Source: Armatimonadota bacterium
GTDB taxonomy: Bacteria > Armatimonadota > UBA5829 > DSUL01
DNA length: 64,000 bases
Reading direction: 5' to 3'
NCBI GenBank assembly: GCA_039811685.1
Contig: JBDHZC010000001.1
Location: forward strand, 1-64,000
Below are positions 57,197 to 64,000 of this stretch, in pieces (within the stretch, counting starts at the first letter, position 1; each line of letters opens with the position of its first letter). The notes under the pieces were generated by a model. That model saw nothing but the letters and a program-made list of their open reading frames with translations, did not search any database and was not told the DNA's origin. A program made the position numbers and the translations under genes.

Positions 57197-58158
57197 TTTC
57201 TCACACCGTCCGTCTGTTGAAAACGGTGAAGCTGTGGCGTCTCATCTTTCTGTGCTGCGCTATGACGGTGGCCGCCAGCCACTTCCAGGCGTCCGCCACA
57301 GAGATAAAGATAGCGACTTACAACGTCGAGAATTTATTTGACGCGTACGACGATCCGTACGCCGCCGACGTTGACCGCTACAAGGGCGATACGTTGATGT
57401 CCAAGCCACTAGCGGAGTTGAAAGCTCTCGCTGAGGTCATTCGCGCACTGAACGCAGATGTTCTGGGGCTTCAGGAAGTGGAAAACAGGGGTTTTCTGGA
57501 GGAGTTCAACAAAAAGTATCTCTCAGGGATGGGATACCGCTATGTTGAACTGATTGAAGGAAACGATACCCGAGGCATAGACGTGGCCGTTCTCAGCCGT
57601 ATCCCAATGGGAGCGATTGTGAGCTACAGGCATCTCCCGCTCGAGACGTCAGCGACGGCGGGGTCTGCGCGCTTCTCGAGGGATTTGCTGCAGGTGGAGC
57701 TGCGTCCGCGAAACGCCAGGGCATTTTCCGTGTATGTCACGCATCTGCGCTCCCGGATGGGTGGGGCAGACTCAGCGCGGCAGAGAGAGGCGGAAGCCCA
57801 CAAGATCAGAGAAATCTGGGACAATAGGCTGAAATCGCAGCCGCAGTCTCTTTTTCTTCTGCTTGCGGATGTCAACGACGATCCAGCGTCGGCGACTGTT
57901 CGGATTCTGAAGGGGAAAGGCAAGCTCGCAGTTTTGCCACTGGGCGCCAGGGCCGCGGATGGCTCAGAGTGGACGGAACAGTCGCGCTTCACTTCGCGAT
58001 ACCCACCGATCCGCTTTGACTACATTTTCGCAAGTCCTGCCATGGGAAAGCGTGTGCGGGCTACAGGGGTCCTGCGAGGCCCGAAGAACTCTTCGCTTTT
58101 CCGCGCAACACGCTCTGCGGGAGATCATTTTCCGGTCTGGGCCATCGTTGATCTGTGA
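57193..58158 (+). CDS. Exported endonuclease/exonuclease/phosphatase family protein
   Basis: Signal peptide; TYNVENLFD, LQEVE, NDTRGIDV, DVND, DYIF, DHFPV. Confidence 0.88.
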   Translation: MISHTVRLLKTVKLWRLIFLCCAMTVAASHFQASATEIKIATYNVENLFDAYDDPYAADVDRYKGDTLMSKPLAELKALAEVIRALNADVLGLQEVENRGFLEEFNKKYLSGMGYRYVELIEGNDTRGIDVAVLSRIPMGAIVSYRHLPLETSATAGSARFSRDLLQVELRPRNARAFSVYVTHLRSRMGGADSARQREAEAHKIREIWDNRLKSQPQSLFLLLADVNDDPASATVRILKGKGKLAVLPLGARAADGSEWTEQSRFTSRYPPIRFDYIFASPAMGKRVRATGVLRGPKNSSLFRATRSAGDHFPVWAIVDL

Positions 58159-58167
58159 GTGACTCTC

Positions 58168-58845
58168 TCAGGCGGCCTCTTCTCGAGTCTGGAGCGAAGC
58201 TTCCGGCAAAGCCTCTACCAGAGCCTCCGCCGTTGTATCGAGCTTTTTCACCACTTTCAGAAAGGCTTCCACAACTTCCGGGTCGAACTGCGTGCCGGAG
58301 CAGCGCCTGATTTCCTGAACTGCATCTCCGAGCGTCATCGGTTCGCGCCATGGCACGGTCGAGGTGAGGATGTCGAAGGTTTCGGCGACCGAGATGATCC
58401 TGGCTCCTAGCGGAATGTCATCACCCGCAAGGCCGTCAGGATATCCTCTCCCGTTCCAGCACTCGTGGTGGTGCTTGATCATTGGAAGCGCGCCCTGGAG
58501 TCCTTCGATCCTTTCCAGTATGCGAATTCCGATGACAGAATGAAGCTTCATCGCCGAGAACTCTTCGTCAGAGAGTCGCCCGATTTTGTTCACAATGCTT
58601 TTGGAGACGCCGATCTTTCCGATGTCGTGGAGGCTGGCGGCATATCGCAGATCGGCCAGAGCCGAAGGGCCCAGCCCCATCGCCTCGCCGATGTCCATAC
58701 AAAGGTCGCGCACGCGCTCGCTGTGGCCCTGGGCGTTAGCGTCACTTGCTCCCGCTACGCTGAGAAGCGCCTGAGTCGTCTCTTCCTGGACTGCGCCGGC
58801 ATTTCTACTGGTAGTGGCGCTTGCTGCCGATCTGATATGCGTCAT
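58168..58845 (-). CDS. Stand-alone HD-GYP domain protein
   Basis: HSERV, LHDIGK, HHECWNGRGYP, GTQFDP. Confidence 0.9.
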   Translation of the reverse strand: MTHIRSAASATTSRNAGAVQEETTQALLSVAGASDANAQGHSERVRDLCMDIGEAMGLGPSALADLRYAASLHDIGKIGVSKSIVNKIGRLSDEEFSAMKLHSVIGIRILERIEGLQGALPMIKHHHECWNGRGYPDGLAGDDIPLGARIISVAETFDILTSTVPWREPMTLGDAVQEIRRCSGTQFDPEVVEAFLKVVKKLDTTAEALVEALPEASLQTREEAA

Positions 58846-59057
58846 TCACAACTCCATTTGCAAGTGCAGCCTTCTCCGCAGAGAGTGCCAGTTAGCGGCA
58901 GACAGGCGACTGGGGCGGTCTGCGACATTCCTGTAATTGTAAGGGCACTGGATAGAGTTGGCTGCATCAGTTCAATCATCGGCACGTTGCGCTCTTTGCC
59001 TCAGGGCTAATGGCACAGCCAGAGGCATTGAATTGTCTTTCCGGCAAACATGTCAGG

Positions 59058-59348
59058 CTGTGGAGAGTGCGGGTAGAATATAGACATCTGCGTTCTCCAC
59101 AGGAGTGACCAGCCTGGACTACCCTACTGCGGCGTGAACAAAGGCCTTGTACGCGTCAGAACAACTCAGACAGAGGGGCAGTGTCGCGTCGGCCTGCCAG
59201 GGTTGGTGACCCGGATGGGAGGAGTTTTCCCCTTCAGAGCGAACAGTTCGGGCGCTCGCTTCGTCTAAGCATTGTTAGTGGTTCTTCTTTAGAGGGGAAG
59301 ACCTGTGTTGTCAGCCCTGGCAGCGCGAGTCCTCGTCTTCGGAGAGGA
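59058..59348 (+). ncRNA. Candidate structured RNA (unassigned)
   Basis: Two 17-bp helices and one 11-bp helix containing G-U pairs that work only on the + strand, plus a C(UUCG)G-capped hairpin. Confidence 0.4.
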
Positions 59349-59384
59349 AGCGCCGCGCAGAGCGTTGAAGACTAATTCCGATAT

Positions 59385-60536
59385 TTGATGAGCAGCACGC
59401 AAGAACACACTGATTCGCCGACCGCGGCAGGGGCGATTTCCAATCTAACACACTCGCTGTCTGTCCTCCCGCAATCCTTCTCTGAGAAGCAGCGTCTGAT
59501 GGGCATGCTGCTCATTCTGTGGGCGCTGATAGGGGTGCTGGACTATCTGGATTTGCGCTTTTTTGGGCGTGCCTACCCCGTCTCAGTGTTGTACGTTCTG
59601 GTCATCTTCCCGGCTGCCATCGTCTTTGGCCTGCGAGGTCTGCTGACTGCCACGGTGGCTGTAGTGTTGATGTACCACCTCTCCAATGGCAAAACGTCGA
59701 TTTTCAACTATTCCGAAGCGGAAGTGCTGCGGCTTGCGTTTATCGTTGCGATCGGTTTGGCGTTTGAGAGAATAGGACGAGACCGGCGCAATCTCCGCGA
59801 GGCTCTGGCGAAGCTCCAGCAGCAGACACGGGCGCGTGAAGACTTGACGCACATGCTTGTGCACGACCTGCGCACTCCGCTGACCGGGATCATTACGTCG
59901 TTGCAGACTCTACAGCACGGCGTGGTGGGAGACCTCGAGCCGGATCAAATGGAGATGGTGGACTTCGCGGTCAGCGACGGGCAGCGGCTGCTGGAGATGG
60001 TGAATCAGATACTGGACGTTTCCAAGCTGGAGGCAGGCGAAATGCCTCTCAGACTGCAGAAAGTCGAGCTGTCGGATGTCGCTGACAAAGCCTGTCGCAT
60101 TGTCACACCAATTGCGGAGGAGTCTGGTATCAATCTGCACCACTCCTGCAACGGGCTGAAGGCCAATATGGATCCGGAGCTAATCCGGCGCGTGCTGGTG
60201 AACCTGCTTGGAAACGCGCTGAAGTTCACTCCTCGAGGAGGGGATGTCAGCATTCAGTCCCTGGACGGGGAGAGCGATCATCTCGCTCATCTGATTGTCC
60301 GCGACACAGGCCGCGGTATCCCTGCAAGCGATCTCAAGCGTGTTTTCGAAAAGTACGCGCAGTCTAACGGAGCGGAAAAAGCCGGGCCTTCCACAGGTAT
60401 CGGTCTGACGTTTTGCCGGCTGGCCGTAGAAGCGCACGGTGGACATATCTGGGCGCAGAGCGAGTTGGGTCAGGGCACAGAGATCCATATCACAATGCCG
60501 ATTGATGGCCCCTCTCCATCCGCAGAGAACAACTGA
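59385..60536 (+). CDS. Membrane sensor histidine kinase (no adjacent response regulator)
   Basis: N-terminal TMs; HDLRTPL, NLLGNALKF, DTGRGI, TGIGL. Confidence 0.93.
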   Translation: MMSSTQEHTDSPTAAGAISNLTHSLSVLPQSFSEKQRLMGMLLILWALIGVLDYLDLRFFGRAYPVSVLYVLVIFPAAIVFGLRGLLTATVAVVLMYHLSNGKTSIFNYSEAEVLRLAFIVAIGLAFERIGRDRRNLREALAKLQQQTRAREDLTHMLVHDLRTPLTGIITSLQTLQHGVVGDLEPDQMEMVDFAVSDGQRLLEMVNQILDVSKLEAGEMPLRLQKVELSDVADKACRIVTPIAEESGINLHHSCNGLKANMDPELIRRVLVNLLGNALKFTPRGGDVSIQSLDGESDHLAHLIVRDTGRGIPASDLKRVFEKYAQSNGAEKAGPSTGIGLTFCRLAVEAHGGHIWAQSELGQGTEIHITMPIDGPSPSAENN

Positions 60537-60559
60537 GTCTGACTGCCGTCCGCAAAGTT

Positions 60560-60588
60560 TTGCATTTGCCGCCTGTTACTGATATGAT
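60560..60588 (+). promoter_or_regulatory. Putative sigma70 promoter
   Basis: TTGCAT-N17-TATGAT with TG extension. Confidence 0.55.
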
Positions 60589-60609
60589 GCTGGCGTAGGA
60601 CATATTCCT

Positions 60610-60996
60610 GTGGGTGATGAGTCGGCTATGGACGGAGACACAACGCAACGCGTGCAACAGTTGATGTCAGAGGGGCAGTTCGACGAAGCCATTCTACTGC
60701 TGGAAGAGTGGACTCGGCGTGAGCCTGGGAACTGGCAGGCATTTACGTGCCTGGGCGCGGCCTGCGCTCAACTCCGACGATTTGAACCAGCTATTCTCGC
60801 CTTCCGCCGAGCGACGCAGATCAAACCTCGCGCCGCCAACCTGCGATTCAATCTGGGACGGGCTTATGAGCTTTCTGGCCAACCCATAAAGGCTCTGCAC
60901 GAGTACGAGACGGCTATGCGCCTGGACAGTGGATACAGCCGCGCCCGTGAGGCGTACGCGGAGCTTCGAGAGCAGATGAAAGCCCGGCGAAGCTGA
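60610..60996 (+). CDS. Small TPR protein
   Basis: About three TPR units (LGAACAQL, FNLGRAYE). Confidence 0.8.
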   Translation: MGDESAMDGDTTQRVQQLMSEGQFDEAILLLEEWTRREPGNWQAFTCLGAACAQLRRFEPAILAFRRATQIKPRAANLRFNLGRAYELSGQPIKALHEYETAMRLDSGYSRAREAYAELREQMKARRS

Positions 60997-60998
60997 CT

Positions 60999-62231
60999 CT
61001 ACCCTTGGGCAACGCTCAGGCGTGCCGCCATCTCGATAGCCCGGGCCAACTCCGGAAGATTCGCCGCGACCTGGCACACCAGCACCGTCAGCGCTAGAGC
61101 TCTGCTGATTCTGGACAGTCTGGTATGCTCACTCAGAGCAGCGATGACAATCAGCGCTGGAACGAAGTGCAGGCTGTAAAGGACCGTCTCACTACCGTAT
61201 ACCGAGTGTAGAGCCAGATTGAACGCCAGGATAAACCCGGCACTGAGGCGCAGTGCCCGTTGACTTGGCATTCTCAAGAGCGCTGCGATGCCTATCGTCA
61301 GCAATGCCACCCAGGCTAGCGCTCCTATAGCTCCAATCACACTACTCGGGAGAAAAGTCTGAGCAGTCATCTCACCCGGCGCAGCCGTGCCTACTTTCGC
61401 CAGCATGATCGAGTTCACCAGGGCAGTGTAGAGGGCAAGCGCGACGGATTGGACATCGATCTGGCGCAGAAAACTGCGCTCAGCGCCCAGATGCCAGAAC
61501 ATTCGGTTGTCGGGCAGAAGAATGCCCTGGAGTACGGCAAGTCCGATTCCAGCCGCCATCCCAGAAAACACAATCGTTATCGCTTTGCGGCGAGGCCACG
61601 ACAGCAGAGTTGCCCCTGCGGCGCCGAACCAGTTGGTGATAGTAATGCCAAATGCGAGCGCGCCAACTGCGATGAACGCGCCAGCGCTCCATCTCTTATG
61701 GCTGACAGAGGCGGCTGCCAGCAGGGCCAGCAAGACGGAAATAGACCCCGCCACGTAAGTCTCCACGATTCCGCAGTACAGCAAGTTTGCCGAACTCAGA
61801 AGTCCGATAGCTGTGTAGAGACCGGCGGACGCCGTCCGGCAGCCCGATCGTCTGAGGAGCAGGAATAGCAGCGCGCCCCACAGAGCAGCGAGTATATTCA
61901 TCAGGCAGGCGGCAGCCTGGAGCGGCGTCAAGCGCAGGCTGGCGCCGATTGCCATCACCGCCGGGGCGCCGAGCAGTGCAAAAAACGGATGCACGTTCGC
62001 CCGCACATGCCCAAGTCCGGGGTTTACCAGGTCATTGATCACTCGGTTAATATCTGCCTGAAACCAGATATCGTTGTAGTTAGCGAGCTTAAGCGGCGCC
62101 TGGATGTGAAAGATCAGAGCGCTGAGCGACGCTCCGGCAATGGCAGCCAGGGTCAAAGCAGTGATGTCCGCAGGCGCAACGCGCTGCTGCGGCGATGTCT
62201 GACTGAATGCCTTGCAGATGTCGATGGACAC
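60999..62231 (-). CDS. Multi-pass membrane protein, possibly GT-C-like
   Basis: Many TM helices with an acidic first loop (WFQAD...HPFF) and ETY motif; start uncertain, since the ORF-track extension to 62564 overlaps the next gene. Confidence 0.55.
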   Translation of the reverse strand: MSIDICKAFSQTSPQQRVAPADITALTLAAIAGASLSALIFHIQAPLKLANYNDIWFQADINRVINDLVNPGLGHVRANVHPFFALLGAPAVMAIGASLRLTPLQAAACLMNILAALWGALLFLLLRRSGCRTASAGLYTAIGLLSSANLLYCGIVETYVAGSISVLLALLAAASVSHKRWSAGAFIAVGALAFGITITNWFGAAGATLLSWPRRKAITIVFSGMAAGIGLAVLQGILLPDNRMFWHLGAERSFLRQIDVQSVALALYTALVNSIMLAKVGTAAPGEMTAQTFLPSSVIGAIGALAWVALLTIGIAALLRMPSQRALRLSAGFILAFNLALHSVYGSETVLYSLHFVPALIVIAALSEHTRLSRISRALALTVLVCQVAANLPELARAIEMAARLSVAQG

Positions 62232-62442
62232 TCTTTGTGATCGTTGGGTTCTTGACAAATGGAGCAAAATGCCGGACGATAATGGGTGAAAACGGACGCT
62301 GAGGTGGTATGCCCGGCGTCGGTCAACACATGAACATTGATTCCTCAGACCCTGATATAGACCCCCATAGTAATTACTCCGCCGCTGGTCGCCGTCCTCT
62401 GGATGTGTGGTGCAGGCGCCGGCCGGCCGATGAGGGCAGCCC

Positions 62443-63768
62443 ATGTTAGCATCGATGCTTGTTGTGGTGTTGCTCACACTCGTGACAGCGCTGTATGTCG
62501 CGGCTGAATTTGCTTTTGTGGGTCTGCGCCGGACAAAAGTTGACGAGCTGGCCTCCGAAGGCAACCGGTGGGCCGCAATGCTCCGCCCTATCGTAAGCGA
62601 TCCTCACAGACTGGATGCCTACATTGCCGCATGCCAGGTTGGAATTACGCTCACTGGCCTTATCGTCGGCGCTGTCGGCCAGAGCGCTTTTGGGGACCCT
62701 CTTGGCCGGAGCTTGCAGAGCATTGGATTTGAGCCGCACTCAGCAAGAGCCACCGCCGCGCTTCTCGTTCTGCTTGGGCTCGTGGCTTTTCAGGTGATTG
62801 TTGGGGAATTGTTGCCAAAGGGTATCGCCGTGCGCTATCCCTCTGAAGTAGCAAGCGCAACAGTGCTGCCGATGCGCTTTTCGCTGAGGCTTCTTTTCTT
62901 CTTTATATGGCTGTTGAATGGCAGCTCGAACGCAATTCTCCGGCTCCTCAGGGTACCTTCCAGCGGCCGCAGACATGTACACGGAGCTGAGGAGATTGAT
63001 CTGCTGGTGACCGAAAGCCATGAAGGCGGAATGTTGGAGGAGAAAGAGCGGAAACGCATGCATAACGTCTTTCGCCTGGCTGAGAGGCGTGTGCGCGACG
63101 TGATGATCCCTCGCATACGCGTCTTTGCCGTAAGTGTGGACGCCACTGTCCCTGAACTGATCAACATCGCCACTGAATCGGCGTATACGCGCATTCCGGT
63201 CTACGAAGACAGCGTCGATCACATCCTTGGAGTGGTTCATATCAAAGACTTGCTGGCCGCTAGCGCTAGAGACTCTGAAAGCTTGCGACTGCGCGATCTG
63301 ATCCGAGAGATGCCTCACGTCCTTGAGAGTATGTCCATCAAAGGGCTGTTTTCAGACATGCGGGCGCGGCGCATTCAGATGTCTCTGGTCGTGGATGAAT
63401 ATGGCGGGACTGCAGGTATCGTGACGCTGGAGGACCTCCTGGAAGAGGTCATTGGAGACATTCCGGATGAGTACGAGAAGGCGTCAGACGTCCAGGCGTC
63501 TCAATTGGATGCGCTGCACTGGCGCGTTCCAGGCTCCATGACCATCCAGAGCTTCAACGAACGGTTTGGCGTCGATATAGACTATCCCAACGCGAGCACT
63601 CTCAACGGGCTTGTCATGGGACTCCTTGGGAAGATGCCTCAGCTTGACGACTGTGTCGAGGTGGAAAATTGTAGGTTTGAAGTGGCGGCTGTGGACGGAT
63701 ATGCGGTGCAGTGGATAGTCGTGACACTGCCTGAGCGGTCATCTCAGGAGTCTGAGGCTGATGAGTGA
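62443..63768 (+). CDS. Hemolysin/CNNM-CBS-CorC family protein
   Basis: AAEFA, QVGIT, GELLPK, VMIPR, YTRIPVY, VDEYGGTAGIVTLEDLLEE. Confidence 0.93.
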   Translation: MLASMLVVVLLTLVTALYVAAEFAFVGLRRTKVDELASEGNRWAAMLRPIVSDPHRLDAYIAACQVGITLTGLIVGAVGQSAFGDPLGRSLQSIGFEPHSARATAALLVLLGLVAFQVIVGELLPKGIAVRYPSEVASATVLPMRFSLRLLFFFIWLLNGSSNAILRLLRVPSSGRRHVHGAEEIDLLVTESHEGGMLEEKERKRMHNVFRLAERRVRDVMIPRIRVFAVSVDATVPELINIATESAYTRIPVYEDSVDHILGVVHIKDLLAASARDSESLRLRDLIREMPHVLESMSIKGLFSDMRARRIQMSLVVDEYGGTAGIVTLEDLLEEVIGDIPDEYEKASDVQASQLDALHWRVPGSMTIQSFNERFGVDIDYPNASTLNGLVMGLLGKMPQLDDCVEVENCRFEVAAVDGYAVQWIVVTLPERSSQESEADE

Positions 63769-64000
63769 CGTGATTCTGCCTCTGATTCTCATAGCGCTGC
63801 TCGTGCTCTTCAACGGTTTGTTCGTCGCTTCAGAGTTTGCCATCCTCGCGGCGCCGCGCGCCCGAATGGAGTACCTCGCTGAGCAGGGAAATCGAGCGGC
63901 CCGCGCCATGCATCGGGTGCAGGACGACCAGCGCCTTCAAGACGCTTATATCGCAACTGCTCAAATCGGTATCAGCGCCGCGAGCGTGGGACTGGGTATG
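63761..64000 (+). CDS. Second hemolysin/CNNM family protein (partial, runs off right edge)
   Basis: MSDVILPLILIALLVLFNGLFVASEFA...YIATAQIGIS; start overlaps the previous gene's end; not in the ORF track. Confidence 0.88.
   Translation, partial: MSDVILPLILIALLVLFNGLFVASEFAILAAPRARMEYLAEQGNRAARAMHRVQDDQRLQDAYIATAQIGISAASVGLGM

Noticed and set aside
59041..59348. Assigning the structured region to a c-di-GMP riboswitch, 6S RNA, SRP RNA or cobalamin riboswitch
   Set aside because: GGCAAAC at 59043 lacks the downstream GAAA/GACGCAAA elements; no SRP helix-8 motif, no large 6S-type bubble, no B12 box.
62232..62564. N-terminal extension of the 521-aa minus-strand ORF
   Set aside because: Non-protein-like sequence that overlaps the divergent CNNM gene; the real start is probably near 62231.
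1..64000. CRISPR arrays, IS elements, rRNA
   Set aside because: No regularly spaced direct repeats, transposase motifs or rRNA sequence seen; the repeats found are protein-coding (TPR, HAF, Ycf48-like, Fn3).

Overview
A 64 kb stretch of GC-rich bacterial chromosome, most likely Armatimonadota. That assignment is inferred from the secreted-protein C-terminal domains, a PEP-CTERM gene and Terrabacteria-type gene order, and was not verified. Most of the window is core genome: cinA, ppk2, folC, nadK-recN-steA-steB plus two glycosyltransferases, an ANTAR two-component pair, leuS-comEA-folP, the ffh-rpsP-khpA-ylqD-rimM-trmD-rplS-lepB-rnhB-yraN cluster, and tRNA-Arg(CCG). Five things stand out. (1) A complete, tightly coupled archaeal-style nurA-herA-mre11-rad50 operon with a sigma70 promoter and a Gram-positive-type LexA box. 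(2) A surface-protein island at 43-56 kb, where four otherwise unrelated secreted proteins share a C-terminal domain that may be a lineage-specific sorting or anchoring signal, next to a sigma54-driven PEP-CTERM gene. (3) A presenilin/SPP-like GxGD membrane protein upstream of leuS. (4) A highly structured unannotated intergenic RNA candidate at about 59.05-59.35 kb. (5) A large secreted protein at the left edge, missing from the ORF track, with a Ycf48-like repeat block apparently nested inside another beta-propeller. No CRISPR array, transposase, integrase or rRNA was seen. All family calls come from motif recognition by eye; no searches were run.
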